Assembly: GCA_965217895.1 (NCBI GenBank)
Contig: CBDCJV010000002.1
Span: 1,664,001-1,728,000, forward strand
Reading direction: 5' to 3'
Length of the DNA stretch: 64,000 nt
From: Waterburya sp.
GTDB taxonomy: Bacteria; Cyanobacteriota; Cyanobacteriia; Cyanobacteriales; Xenococcaceae
Shown: positions 32,238 to 43,318 of the stretch, piece by piece
Position numbering within the stretch: the stretch's first letter is position 1
How the letters are laid out: each line of letters opens with the position of its first letter
Notes under the pieces: generated by a model
Seen by the model: only the letters and a program-made list of their open reading frames with translations
Told to the model about the DNA's origin: nothing
The model's database searches: none
Made by a program: the position numbers and the translations under genes

Positions 32238-33815
32238 TTAATGTGCAGCAGCGTTAGCACCAGCCTTGACTTTTTTACAGAAAATTAAAGCCAAACCGCA
32301 GATTAAAATAGCAAATCCCATGAGATAAAAGCAGTCGTTGTAAGCCATTACATTGGCTTGTTGGCGGACGATATTATCGATCTGGGCGATCGCCTGTTGG
32401 TTTGCCGTTACGGCATCGCTACCTTTATTAATAAAGCTTTGGGTTAACTCACTGAGTCGTTGTTGAGTTTGGGGATCGTATAGGGATACGGCATCACCGA
32501 TGCGATTTGAATGAAACTGCTCTCGCCGTGAGAGTATAGTTGATAAAGCAGCAATACCCGTCGAACCACCCAAGTTACGCATCACGTTAAACAAGCCAGA
32601 AGCCGAACCCGCCTGTTCTGGTTCTATATTACCTGTAGAGATCGTAGTTAAGGGTACAATCATCAGAGGTTGTCCCAATGCCCTAACTAGCTGCGACCAC
32701 TTTAGTTGGGTAATATCGGTCTGGCTGGTCATATTAGAATTCATAAAGCAGCTTATGGCAAAAATACTAAAGCCGACGGCAGCGATAAACCTAACATCAA
32801 AACGCTGCATCAGTTTGGGAACCAAAGGAATTAATACTAGCTGGGGCAAACCAGACCACATAATTACTTCCCCAATTTGCAATGCCGTATAACCTTGAAT
32901 CTGAGCTAAATATAAAGGCAAAATATAAACTGAGCCGTATAAACCTAGTCCCAAACCCATTCCCGCAATACTGCCGATTCCGAAGTTACGTCGCAGCAAC
33001 AGACGTAGATTGATAAAAGGTTGACGACGAGTTAGCTCGATCCACAAGAAAATAGCGATAAAAATTACGGCAAAGATAGCGCAACGGGTGACTAACTCCG
33101 AACCAAACCAATCTTTGCGATTACCTTCTTCTAAAAATATGGTTAAAGAACCCAACCCGATCGCCATACTAAGAATACCCCACCAATCGCCTCGCTTGAG
33201 TAGATGAAGCTGCATTGGTTTAGGGGGAATGGCATAGGCGATCGTTGCTAACATAATTACTCCAGGAATTATATTGAGATAAAAGATATATTCCCAGCCA
33301 AGATGATCTGTTAGCCAACCGCCAATAGTCGGGCCAATTGAAGGTGCGAAAGTGGCAGTGATGGCAAACATCGCCATGCCCACAGCCTGTTTGGACTTGG
33401 GTAAAAAAGTCAAGACGATGGTTAACGCCATGGGAATTAAAACTCCCCCCGTAAACCCTTGGCAGCCACGAAGAACAATCATCATCCCCAAGCTAGTTGC
33501 CTGGGCGCAAGCAGTAGAAAAACAGATAAATAAAGCGACGTTGACTAAAAGATAGCGACGCACCGAAAATACTCCCGACAGCCAGCCTGAAATCGGAATT
33601 ACAACAACTTCGGCAATTAGGTAAGCCGTAGAAATCCAAGAACCTTCGTCTAAAGTTGCGGCTAAAGCTCCTTGAATATCTTGTAATGACGAGTTGGTAA
33701 TTTGAATATCTAGCACCGCCATAAATGCGCCTAACATGGCACCGATGACACCGATCCAAGTTTTGAGACTGACTGTATCTTCTTGTTGTTGTTGTTTGAC
33801 TTGAGTTTGAGACAT
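32238..33815 (-). CDS. DHA2/EmrB-family MFS efflux permease
   Basis: GAFMAVLDIQITN, APSIGPTIGGWL; 14-TM pattern. Confidence 0.92.
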   Translation of the reverse strand: MSQTQVKQQQQEDTVSLKTWIGVIGAMLGAFMAVLDIQITNSSLQDIQGALAATLDEGSWISTAYLIAEVVVIPISGWLSGVFSVRRYLLVNVALFICFSTACAQATSLGMMIVLRGCQGFTGGVLIPMALTIVLTFLPKSKQAVGMAMFAITATFAPSIGPTIGGWLTDHLGWEYIFYLNIIPGVIMLATIAYAIPPKPMQLHLLKRGDWWGILSMAIGLGSLTIFLEEGNRKDWFGSELVTRCAIFAVIFIAIFLWIELTRRQPFINLRLLLRRNFGIGSIAGMGLGLGLYGSVYILPLYLAQIQGYTALQIGEVIMWSGLPQLVLIPLVPKLMQRFDVRFIAAVGFSIFAISCFMNSNMTSQTDITQLKWSQLVRALGQPLMIVPLTTISTGNIEPEQAGSASGLFNVMRNLGGSTGIAALSTILSRREQFHSNRIGDAVSLYDPQTQQRLSELTQSFINKGSDAVTANQQAIAQIDNIVRQQANVMAYNDCFYLMGFAILICGLALIFCKKVKAGANAAAH

Positions 33816-33849
33816 TTTTTTTAAAGGATGAGGAACTAATAACTAATAA

Positions 33850-35439
33850 CTAATGAACTCCAGACGCACTCGCTTTTTTGTTTCCTTTACCAAGAAGCAA
33901 CAGCAAAGGCAAGGTACAAATAAAAACAATACCGACGATTTTAAAAATGTCTTCAAAAGATAAAATCGATGACTGAAGATCGAGGGTCTGAGAAATGACT
34001 GCTAATGCCTGTTGATGGGCAGTATGGGCATCCATACCGCGACTTTGAAACGCACCAGTTAAGGCATCAAGACGTTGATTGGTTGCTGAATTATAAAGAC
34101 TAACGTTATTGCTTAAAATGTCACGATGAAAAGCTTCTCGTCGGGCTAAAAGGGTAGAAAGAATCGCAATGCCAATGCTGCCTCCCAATTGACGGGTGAG
34201 ATTGTAAAAACCAGATCCTGCGGGGATATCGCTTTTGGGCAGTGAACCTATGGTAGCCAAACTCAAGGGTAAAAACATTAACACTGTGCCGACTCCCCGC
34301 CAGAGTAACGGATAAAATAAGGCTTCTGTTCCCGTGTCGGGATTGATTTTTGCCAGTTGAAACATGACCAAGCTGGTAATAATTGCACCACTACCAATTA
34401 ATAGTCTAGAGTCGATTTTGCTCGTTACCTTACCCAAAATAGGCATCATAATTCCTGCTGCTAAAGCCCCTGGAAACAATAGCATCCCCGTTTGCATTGC
34501 GGTAAAGTGCAGCACGTTTTGGGCGAAAATTGGCACGGCAAATAACGTGCCATAAAGTCCCATCCCCATAACTGCTGAATAGAGACTGCCAGCAGCTAAA
34601 GAACGGTGACGCAAAACCCGCAGATCGACTGCTGGTCGCTTAGTAGTAAGTTCGCGCCAGATAAACAATCCCAGCCCGATCGCAGCTACAATTCCGAAAG
34701 TAACGATGAAGCTAGAATTGAACCAATCGTCCCGTTCTCCTTCTTCTAAAAAAGTTTGTAGGCTACCAACGGCGATCGCCAATAGCCCGATTCCTAACCA
34801 ATCGACTTTTCTACTAGATTGCCCTGTTGCCTTAGAATCAGGTGGCAGAAACAACCAACACATAATTACGGCTAATATTCCGAAGGGTATATTGACAAAA
34901 AATATCCATCGCCAGCCGACGCTATCGGTTAAATAACCTCCCAGGGTTGGGCCAATAGCAGGGCCAACGATTACACCCATGCCAAACACTCCTTGCGCAG
35001 TTCCTTGTTCTTCGGAGGGAAAAGTCTGAAATAAAATTGCCTGAGCTTTTGCCAGTAGCCCACCGCCACAGAGTCCCTGAAGAATGCGCGAAATTATTAG
35101 AAATGGCAAAGTAGGAGCAAACCCGCACAGCACCGAAGCAATTGTAAATCCGACTAGGGAAAAAATAAAGTAGCGTTTTTGACCGAACTGTTCGCCCAAC
35201 CAGGCAGTCAACGGGATAACAATTACATTGGCGATCGCATAACCAGTTACCACCCAACCAATTTCGGTAATTGTTGCCCCTAAATTAGACTGCATATCGG
35301 GTAGTGCCACATTAACGATACTGGTATCGATAACTTCAAGGATTGCTCCTAAAGCGACGGTAATGGCGATCGCCCACTTGAGAAAGTTAGGGTTCAAGCG
35401 ATCGGTAACGAAGTTTTGGGATTTATTGGTTTGAGTCAT
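33850..35439 (-). CDS. DHA2/EmrB-family MFS efflux permease
   Basis: LEVIDTSIVNVALP, GPAIGPTLGGYL, WRWIFFVNIP. Confidence 0.92.
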   Translation of the reverse strand: MTQTNKSQNFVTDRLNPNFLKWAIAITVALGAILEVIDTSIVNVALPDMQSNLGATITEIGWVVTGYAIANVIVIPLTAWLGEQFGQKRYFIFSLVGFTIASVLCGFAPTLPFLIISRILQGLCGGGLLAKAQAILFQTFPSEEQGTAQGVFGMGVIVGPAIGPTLGGYLTDSVGWRWIFFVNIPFGILAVIMCWLFLPPDSKATGQSSRKVDWLGIGLLAIAVGSLQTFLEEGERDDWFNSSFIVTFGIVAAIGLGLFIWRELTTKRPAVDLRVLRHRSLAAGSLYSAVMGMGLYGTLFAVPIFAQNVLHFTAMQTGMLLFPGALAAGIMMPILGKVTSKIDSRLLIGSGAIITSLVMFQLAKINPDTGTEALFYPLLWRGVGTVLMFLPLSLATIGSLPKSDIPAGSGFYNLTRQLGGSIGIAILSTLLARREAFHRDILSNNVSLYNSATNQRLDALTGAFQSRGMDAHTAHQQALAVISQTLDLQSSILSFEDIFKIVGIVFICTLPLLLLLGKGNKKASASGVH

Positions 35440-36808
35440 TGTCGTTATGCTGTGGTAAATCTACATGAACGACTGCCGACATACCAGGGCTGATTCGCGA
35501 CTCGTAACCTTTAATACTTTGAGGATCGAGAACAATTTTCACAGAAATACGTTGTACTACTTTGGTAAAGTTACCTGTGGCATTATCAGGAGGTAGTAAA
35601 GCAAATTGCGCTCCCGAACCTGGGGCAATGCTGTTGACCTTCCCTGTAAAGGTGCGCCCGTCAAAAGCATCAATTTTGACTTCTACGGTTTCTCCTGGCT
35701 TCATTTCTCCCAGTTGGGTTTCTTTAAAGTTAGCCGTAACCCAATAATCGTCCCCGACAACTGCCATTAATGGTGTTCCTTGCTGGACTCTTTGTCCTAC
35801 CTCTACTGTTTTATTACCAACTTTACCCCCAGTTGGAGCGGTAATATTAGCATAAGAAAGCTGCAAACGTGCATTTTCAAGAGTGGCTTCAGCTTGGGCA
35901 ATATCGGCTTGAGCAGCAGCATACTGGGCGCGATTAGCTTCGGTTTGTCGTCCACTAGCTAATACTTGTTGCAGTTGACTTTTTGTAGAAGCTAGTTTGG
36001 CATTAGCACTATTTACCCCTTGTTGAGCCTGTTCTAACTGTGCCTGAGCTTGGTCTACTCCCCGATCGGCTGCATTCTTTTTAGCCAGAGCGACTTTATA
36101 AGCTGCTTGTGCATTATCTAACCGTTGAAGGGTAACTGCTCCCTCTTTATAAAGAGTAGAATAGCGATTGTAATCTTTTTGGGCATTGTTTAAATCGGCA
36201 TCGGCTTGGGCTACTTGAGCTTGTGCTGAGGCTATTCCTGCTTTGGCTCCAGATACTGCTGCTTTGGCAGTAGAAATATTGGCAGTGGCATCGCTGATGT
36301 CTCCCTTAGCCTGAGCAGATTTGGCATCAGTTGTATCTGATGCTAGAGCAATATTTGCCTGTGCTGCTTTAGCCTGACCTTGGGCGGTTAATAATGCTGC
36401 TTCTGCTTTTGTTACCGCGACTTGAAGATCGCTCTTGTCGAGCTTGACTAGCAATTCTCCTTTTTTGACTTCTTGGTTATCGTTGACTTCTACGTCAGTT
36501 ACAGTTCCAGAAATACGGCTGCTTATCGGGTGTACGTGCCCTGCGACATAAGCGTCATCTGTGCTTGCGTGGGTAGAAGCATAGTGCCACCAGCGATAGC
36601 CGAATACACCTGCGGCGATCGCGCCAACTCCTACTGCTACCCAAATCAATGCTTTTGGTAGTTTTTTACGGGGTTTTTTAGGAGCCTCTGTTTCTTCTGG
36701 CTTAAGATTATCTTGTGGCTTATCTACTAAAGGTTCTGTCACTAAGACTCGATCCTTAGCCTGTATATTTAGATCTCGATCTGCCGATCTACCGTTTAAA
36801 GTTTTCAT
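35423..36808 (-). CDS. HlyD/EmrA membrane fusion protein
   Basis: STDDAYV, long coiled coil, ANFKETQ, PPDNATGNFTKVVQR; start uncertain (36808 or 36835). Confidence 0.92.
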   Translation of the reverse strand: MKTLNGRSADRDLNIQAKDRVLVTEPLVDKPQDNLKPEETEAPKKPRKKLPKALIWVAVGVGAIAAGVFGYRWWHYASTHASTDDAYVAGHVHPISSRISGTVTDVEVNDNQEVKKGELLVKLDKSDLQVAVTKAEAALLTAQGQAKAAQANIALASDTTDAKSAQAKGDISDATANISTAKAAVSGAKAGIASAQAQVAQADADLNNAQKDYNRYSTLYKEGAVTLQRLDNAQAAYKVALAKKNAADRGVDQAQAQLEQAQQGVNSANAKLASTKSQLQQVLASGRQTEANRAQYAAAQADIAQAEATLENARLQLSYANITAPTGGKVGNKTVEVGQRVQQGTPLMAVVGDDYWVTANFKETQLGEMKPGETVEVKIDAFDGRTFTGKVNSIAPGSGAQFALLPPDNATGNFTKVVQRISVKIVLDPQSIKGYESRISPGMSAVVHVDLPQHNDNDSNQ

Positions 36809-36944
36809 TTGCTTCTTTCCTTTATTTAATTTCAATATGTTCAGCTAATTAATAAGTAGTCTTTTATTTCGTATGCGTACTATCGATCTTCACAAACCCA
36901 TCTAGAAAAGATATCTCTCTAAGGATGGATTATAACCTATGGAT

Positions 36945-37418
36945 TTATGACATATTAGCGATCGCGCGATCGATTAGTTGGGAAAACTGCTTTTGTTCGC
37001 TGGCTGAAAATCCAGTCATAACACGTTCTTGCAAGCCTAAAACAATTGGAGGCAAAACTGTTTCGAGTTCTTTACCCGTATCTGTCAGCCAGATTCTAAC
37101 CATGCGCCGATCGGTGCGATCGCGCTGGCGACGAATCAATTTTCTTTCTTCCATACGGTCTAAAACTCCTGTCAGAGTTCCTCCGACCTGTTGCAATTTT
37201 TCTCCAATTGCTGAAGTCGCCAAACCATCTTCTGACCAAAGACAGCATAAAACCACCCAGTGAAAAGGAGTCAAATCCCAAGGTTCTAGTAGTTCATTAA
37301 AATTACGAGCTGCAAGCTGAGATAGCAGTTTAATACGATAGCCAATACTGCATGGAGCTAAAATTTCCCGATATTGTTGAGAACTTAAATTACTTAAATT
37401 TGCAGATTTAGTAGGCAT
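36945..37418 (-). CDS. MarR-family regulator
   Basis: LTGVLDRME...IRRQRDRTDRR...LTDTG. Confidence 0.92.
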   Translation of the reverse strand: MPTKSANLSNLSSQQYREILAPCSIGYRIKLLSQLAARNFNELLEPWDLTPFHWVVLCCLWSEDGLATSAIGEKLQQVGGTLTGVLDRMEERKLIRRQRDRTDRRMVRIWLTDTGKELETVLPPIVLGLQERVMTGFSASEQKQFSQLIDRAIANMS

Positions 37419-37667
37419 TTGGCAAAATACTTAGGGTGCGTACTATTATTATAGATATTTTAGAAAACTTTTGCAAGCTGATTAGCTGTAATGAGTTCTA
37501 AAGTACAATTTGCTAAAGCTTGAAAATATTGATAGGAAAAAACTTCATACTTCATACTTGCTGTAGATCACACCTAGCTTAGATATCTCCATGCTACTAA
37601 TAGAATATATTAAAAAATTCAAAGTATCTATATATATTTCTATAACTCAAGTTCGAGCCATATAGTA

Positions 37668-39596
37668 ATGAATCAAGCAACCTTCGTTGGGCAAAAGCCC
37701 CATTTATGTAGCAACAATATTTTAATTGTAGATGATACTCCTGATAACCTACGTTTGCTATCGCAAACTTTAATTAAAGAAGGTTATGAAATTCGCTGTG
37801 CTGTCAATGGAGCTATGGCGTTATTAACTATAAAAGCGAAGCTTCCAGATCTAATTTTACTAGATATAAATATGCCAGAGATGGACGGCTTTAAAGTTTG
37901 TGAGACATTAAAAGCATCAGATTTAACCAAAGATATTCCAATTATTTTCGTCAGTGCTTTGGACGAAATATTTGATAAGATAAAGGCTTTCGAGGCAGGA
38001 GCAGTAGATTATATCAGCAAGCCTTTTCAAATTCCCGAAGTTATTTCTAGAGTTAATAGTCAGCTAAATCTACAAAACTTGAGAAAGCAGCTAATGCAAA
38101 AAAATCAGCTTTTGCAAATAGAAATTCAAAGCAGAATTGCTGCCGAGGAAGAAATTATTCAGTTTAATTCGGAACTAGAAAAGAGAGTCGAAGAAAGAAC
38201 TTTTCAATTAAGATCTGAGATTAGCGAACGACAACAAATTCAGAATAAATTAGAATACCTAGTTTGGAATAATTCCTTAACTGGATTACCTAATAGATTA
38301 TGGCTAATTGAAAAACTAAAAGAAATACTGGCTTTAAAAGCTAAGGAAGGAAAGAGTCGGTTTGCCATAATTATTTTAGACTGTAATCGCTTTAAAATAA
38401 TTAATGATTCTTTAGGTCGTCAAGCAGGAGACAAGCTGCTAGCTATGGTAAGTGAGAAATTAAAATCAGAAGTAATTAACCCCAGCATACATTTAACTCA
38501 CTTTGGCGAAGACAAATTTGCCGTTTTGCTAGAAACAATCAACAGTGAGCATTATGCGATCGCCTTAGCTAAGAAAATACAGCAATCTTTGGGTGCAGCA
38601 TTTGTATTTGAAGCCAGAGATATCTTCATGAGCTTTAATATGGGAATTGTAACTGATAACTCTAGCTATTCCCAGCCAGATGAAGTTTTTAGGGATGCAG
38701 ATTTAGCGATTCAAAAAGCCAAAACCTCTAGCGGTCATTTTTATCAAGTTTTTAACTCGACAATTCAGAATAATACTCTGGAAATTCTCGAACTGGAAAC
38801 AGATTTACGTATCGCCCTAAAACGTCAAGAATTTTATCTCAACTATCAGCCAATTATCTGTTTTCAGTCAGAGAAAATTGTTGGCTTTGAGACTTTGGTA
38901 CGTTGGCATCATCCCAAAAAAGGCTTTATTTGCCCTGGAAAATTTATTCCTGTTGCCGAACAAACAAATCTGATTTTACCTTTAGGAATGTGGATTCTCA
39001 ATCAAGCCTGTCAGCAAATTCGTATTTGGCAAGATCGGCTCGATCATCAGCTAGAAAATTTTAGCGTTAGCGTTAATATTTCTGCCAAACAGTTTGAACA
39101 AGAAGACTTTATTACTCAACTAGATCGAATAATTAAAGATACGGGAATCAATATTCAACATCTAAAGCTAGAAATTACCGAATCTTTATTGATGAATAAT
39201 GCCGAAATCGCCGATCGCGCTTTCAGTCAATTAAAAGCACGAAAAATTAAGCTGGCAATTGATGATTTTGGTACGGGGTATTCTTCCCTTAGCTATTTAG
39301 ATCGCTTTCCTGTAGATACTTTAAAGATAGACCGTTCCTTTGTCAGTCGTCTTAACGAGAAAAACCAAGCCTGCACTATCGTTAAAGCAACATTAGATTT
39401 GGCTCACAATTTGGGTTTCAATGTTGTGGCTGAAGGAGTAGAAACAATTGAACAGGGGGAACAATTAAAAGCTTGGGGTTGTGAATTTGCCCAAGGATAT
39501 TTTTACGCCAAACCATTAAACAAAGACGCTGCTTGGCAGTTTATGATGGAGAACTTGGCTAATCAACGCCAGTTTAGGTTAAGACAATTAAACTAG
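37668..39596 (+). CDS. Response regulator with degenerate GGDEF and EAL domains
   Basis: REC domain (IVDD, LLDINMP, KPF); GEDKF; ETLVRW, DDFGTGYSSL, VVAEGVE. Confidence 0.9.
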   Translation: MNQATFVGQKPHLCSNNILIVDDTPDNLRLLSQTLIKEGYEIRCAVNGAMALLTIKAKLPDLILLDINMPEMDGFKVCETLKASDLTKDIPIIFVSALDEIFDKIKAFEAGAVDYISKPFQIPEVISRVNSQLNLQNLRKQLMQKNQLLQIEIQSRIAAEEEIIQFNSELEKRVEERTFQLRSEISERQQIQNKLEYLVWNNSLTGLPNRLWLIEKLKEILALKAKEGKSRFAIIILDCNRFKIINDSLGRQAGDKLLAMVSEKLKSEVINPSIHLTHFGEDKFAVLLETINSEHYAIALAKKIQQSLGAAFVFEARDIFMSFNMGIVTDNSSYSQPDEVFRDADLAIQKAKTSSGHFYQVFNSTIQNNTLEILELETDLRIALKRQEFYLNYQPIICFQSEKIVGFETLVRWHHPKKGFICPGKFIPVAEQTNLILPLGMWILNQACQQIRIWQDRLDHQLENFSVSVNISAKQFEQEDFITQLDRIIKDTGINIQHLKLEITESLLMNNAEIADRAFSQLKARKIKLAIDDFGTGYSSLSYLDRFPVDTLKIDRSFVSRLNEKNQACTIVKATLDLAHNLGFNVVAEGVETIEQGEQLKAWGCEFAQGYFYAKPLNKDAAWQFMMENLANQRQFRLRQLN

Positions 39597-39683
39597 TAAA
39601 CGGCAGAATTAAATGTAAAACCGAATAATTCGTTTTTTAGGAGCTAATAACTAATAGCAGACTTCGGAGCAAGTTTTAGACAT

Positions 39684-39998
39684 TCAATTAACAACATCCA
39701 AAATAGCCTGTAAACGTTTGCGAAATTCTCCTTTAGGATGACCACCTTTAACTTCACCAAGAATTTCAAAATCTGCTTCAGGAGAGTCACAAACTATATA
39801 TGTTGGCCATCCCATTTCTTTTTTATCGGGGTACTGCGCCATCAAAATTTGGCGATATTGACGATAGGTAGCAGTATCCTGCATTTTGACATCTATAAAT
39901 TCTAAATTTAGCTCATTAGCAACTTTGGCATCATAAAAAGACATCTTGTGGCAGACACCACAGTCTTCGGAAGAAAATTTGACAACGGCTTTAGTCAT
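39684..39998 (-). CDS. Thioredoxin-fold protein
   Basis: CGVC motif, GWPT. Confidence 0.75.
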   Translation of the reverse strand: MTKAVVKFSSEDCGVCHKMSFYDAKVANELNLEFIDVKMQDTATYRQYRQILMAQYPDKKEMGWPTYIVCDSPEADFEILGEVKGGHPKGEFRKRLQAILDVVN

Positions 39999-40359
39999 TT
40001 TAAATATTAATGTTTAAATGTCCTGGTTTGGATGCAAAATGTAGAGATATTAATTTGTCGTTGTTGCTAATAACGTTAACCATAGCAGCTTTTTTCACTG
40101 ACTACTCTATCAATTCATGGTTAGAATTGGGATTATAAATTTCTTCTAAGAGAATTTTAGAACCATTTCTTGTTTCTAAATAGACATCTATTAAATTCTT
40201 TCCATTACAATCAATTATTATTAGCTTCGCTCTTCAGTATCCCTTAATTCTTAAGTATGCCGTTTGCCCTGGCAATAATCACAGTATAAATTATAAATCT
40301 ATCTCAAATTCGGGTTATACTAGGAAACTGTGTGTTTATATTGATACCAATAAATTTTT

Positions 40360-40662
40360 ATGGCTAAGAAAGCTATGGTCGAGCGAGAAAAAAAGCGCGC
40401 TCACTTAATTGAAAAATATGCTGATAAAAGAGCAGAATTGAAAGAACGTTTGCGTACATCCAAGTCCGCAGCCGAAAAGCTTGATATTAGTCGTCAAATC
40501 CAAAGGTTACCTAGAGATAGCTCTGCTACTCGTAAACGTAATCGCTGCATGATAACTGGTAGATCTAGAGGATATTACCGCGATTTTGGTTTATCTCGCA
40601 ACGTTTTGCGCGAATGGGCGCATGAAGGTTTACTACCTGGAGTAGTTAAATCTAGTTGGTAG
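40360..40662 (+). CDS. rpsN: 30S ribosomal protein S14
   Basis: [27 protein letters not shown]. Confidence 0.98.
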   Translation: MAKKAMVEREKKRAHLIEKYADKRAELKERLRTSKSAAEKLDISRQIQRLPRDSSATRKRNRCMITGRSRGYYRDFGLSRNVLREWAHEGLLPGVVKSSW

Positions 40663-41259
40663 ATTTAAATTAATTTAACTGACGTTACGTAAGACAACGA
40701 AAGAGACAGTTTGTTTATTAAAGGGCGATGTATCGAAAATGATATTTCTGAGGAAGAACGGGCAAGTATCACTGCTTCTAAGTTGGATACAGTCGCCCAT
40801 TCCTCATCTAAATCGCTTTGGCAAGCCCGTATAAGTCACCATTTTTGCTTCATCTTCATTCAAGCATCTTTGACTTTTTTCAGCAGATGCTAGCCATTTA
40901 GTAGGATTCTTTTTCTTCTATCGGTTGCTTTTGATAGTTTCTCTTCTCTTTATTTTGATGATTGAAGTTTCTAGTTCATAACTGTATAGTGCTTAATCCC
41001 AATGGGAAACCAATCTGACTATCTACAATTAACGTCGGATGAATACAAAATCATACGTCTTGATTGTTTCCTGCCACACCTAAACCTATTTGTTCGAGTG
41101 TATTTCGGCTTATTTGGCAGACATTAACAAATAGTCTATTCAAAAAGGATCGGGCAATGGATAATAGACAGGACAAAGAATAAGCAAATCTAGCCATATT
41201 CTTGGCTGATAATCAGTAATTAGTTAAAAGCGAACAAGCCTTTCGCCCGTAAAGTAATC

Positions 41260-41874
41260 ATGAATGAATCTACAGTTAGTAACGAACAGCACAAGCAGAA
41301 GATGCAACGTCGCCAAGAGGTTCAGGAAAAACGCTTAGCTGAGAAAAATCAAGAAAAAGGTCTAATTGTCGTTAATACGGGCAATGGTAAAGGCAAAACC
41401 ACCGCTGCTTTGGGAATGGTAATGCGATCGCTTGGTCATGGTTACAACGTGGCAATTGTACAGTTTATAAAAGGAGCATGGGAACCTGCCGAAAAAGCAG
41501 TATTAGAGAAATGGTCAGATCAGTTAAAATTTCACGCCATGGGCGAAGGATTTACCTGGAATACTCAAGATCGAGATCGAGATATAGAAATGGCGACTGC
41601 TGCTTGGGAGAAGGGATTGAGCTATATCGTTGACCCCGAATATAGATTAGTGCTGCTAGATGAGGTTAATATCGCCTTAAAGCTAGGGTATTTAGACGTT
41701 GAGACTGTAATTGCAGGCTTAAAACAAAAACCAGCAGATTCTCACGTAATTTTGACAGGCAGAGGCGCACCTGAAGAATTAATTGCGATCGCTGATTTAG
41801 TAACGGAAATGACGTTAGTTAAACATCCATTTCGTGAACAAGGAGTTAAAGCCCAACCTGGAATCGAATTTTAG
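41260..41874 (+). CDS. cobO: Cob(I)yrinic acid a,c-diamide adenosyltransferase
   Basis: TGNGKGKTTAALG, QFIKG, LLDE, TGRGAP. Confidence 0.95.
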   Translation: MNESTVSNEQHKQKMQRRQEVQEKRLAEKNQEKGLIVVNTGNGKGKTTAALGMVMRSLGHGYNVAIVQFIKGAWEPAEKAVLEKWSDQLKFHAMGEGFTWNTQDRDRDIEMATAAWEKGLSYIVDPEYRLVLLDEVNIALKLGYLDVETVIAGLKQKPADSHVILTGRGAPEELIAIADLVTEMTLVKHPFREQGVKAQPGIEF

Positions 41875-41963
41875 GCATTTGAGGATTGGGACTATAAGAC
41901 TATAATTAGATGCAAATTTTTGTAAATTTGTTTTTTGTCCCTCATCCTTTTAAAAATCACTTA

Positions 41964-42740
41964 ATGAGTAGTACCTTCAATGACAGATTTCAGATTTGGC
42001 TACAACGTTCATTAGCGGCATTGTTTCTTACAGGACAAGTTGTTGTTCATTTGCTCAAAGGAAAAATAAATCGCCGCAACACCATAGAACAAATGGTAAT
42101 AGTTGGACCAGATTCTTTAACAATTGCTTTGGCAACAGCAATTTTTGTCGGCATGGTATTTACAATACAAGTCGCTCGCGAGTTTTTAAACTTTGGCGCA
42201 GTACGGGCAATTGGAGGTGTTTTAGCTTTAGCCTTAAGTAGAGAACTAGCTCCTGTACTAACAGCGGTAGTGCTAGCTGCTAGAGTTGGTTCAGCATTCG
42301 CAGCCGAGATTGGCACTATGAAAGTCACCGAACAAATTGATGCTCTGTACGTGCTAAAAAGTGATCCCATCGACTATCTCGTGATTCCTCGTCTGCTGGC
42401 TTGCTGTCTGATGTTACCGATGCTGACTATGCTTTCTTTAGTTGTTGGTTTAATTGGAGGTATTTTGGTTGCAAATAATTTTTACAATATTTCTCATGTA
42501 ATCTTTATCGAGTCCATACAAAGTTTTATTCAGGTATGGGATATAGTTAGTGCCTTAATCAAAGCAGTTGTTTTTGGAGCATTAATTGCTATTGTTGGCT
42601 GCAATTGGGGATTGACCACTATAGGAGGAGCTAAAGGAGTGGGCGAATCAACTACTACGGCGGTAGTTATGGCATTGAGCGCAATTTTTATTTCTAACTT
42701 TTTTATGTCCTTGCTAATGTTTCAAGGTTTGGGTCGTTAG
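41964..42740 (+). CDS. mlaE: MlaE-family lipid ABC permease
   Basis: RELAPVLTA, GSAFAAEIGTMKVTEQIDAL, GVGESTT. Confidence 0.92.
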   Translation: MSSTFNDRFQIWLQRSLAALFLTGQVVVHLLKGKINRRNTIEQMVIVGPDSLTIALATAIFVGMVFTIQVAREFLNFGAVRAIGGVLALALSRELAPVLTAVVLAARVGSAFAAEIGTMKVTEQIDALYVLKSDPIDYLVIPRLLACCLMLPMLTMLSLVVGLIGGILVANNFYNISHVIFIESIQSFIQVWDIVSALIKAVVFGALIAIVGCNWGLTTIGGAKGVGESTTTAVVMALSAIFISNFFMSLLMFQGLGR

Positions 42741-42746
42741 TTTCTT

Positions 42747-42819
42747 AACGTCAGTTCGGGTTACGAACATGAAATAATAGCTCTACTCTTCCACGCGAAT
42801 CTTATCCCAAACTCACGTC
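42747..42819. repeat. MITE-like palindrome
   Basis: ACGTCAGTTCGGG / CCCAAACTCACGT imperfect inverted repeat; related ends at ~8370 and 8434. Confidence 0.6.
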
Positions 42820-42873
42820 AGCTAAAATTTGGGTCGTTGTAAAATAGAAACTATTAATCAGTAACTAATTTAA

Positions 42874-43278
42874 ATGACTGCTAATATCAAAACTAACAAT
42901 CCTAACGAAGTCGTCGAACTTTCACCAAGCTATAGAATACCTCTATTTTTAATGGTGGGAGCTTGTGCTTTAGCTTTAGTTTCCCTTTGGTTGGCTGGAG
43001 TTTGCGCTTTACTTGGTCTATTTTTAACAATACAAACAATTTTAATTAGACTGCAATTTACGGATGAAGCTCTAAACGTCCTGCGCTCGGACAAGGTTAT
43101 TTTAAGATTTCCCTATAGTGAATGGTTGAATTGGGAAATCTTTTGGTCGCCTATTCCTATCCTGTTTTACTTTCGAGAAGTTAACAGCATTCATTTCTTG
43201 CCAGTTATTTTTGATTCTAAAACTTTATTAGATTGCTTAAATAAATACTATCCTCGTGAAAGACAATTATATTCATAG
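42874..43278 (+). CDS. DUF3119 family protein
   Basis: RFPYSEWLNW, YFREVNSIHFLP; lies between mlaE and DUF3086. Confidence 0.8.
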   Translation: MTANIKTNNPNEVVELSPSYRIPLFLMVGACALALVSLWLAGVCALLGLFLTIQTILIRLQFTDEALNVLRSDKVILRFPYSEWLNWEIFWSPIPILFYFREVNSIHFLPVIFDSKTLLDCLNKYYPRERQLYS

Positions 43279-43318
43279 TCTTTAACTGTAAACTGTAATA
43301 CTTACTCTTAGCGTTCTC

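Noticed and set aside
40690..41000. Degenerate coding remnant downstream of rpsN
   Set aside because: Multiple stops; could not assign a family
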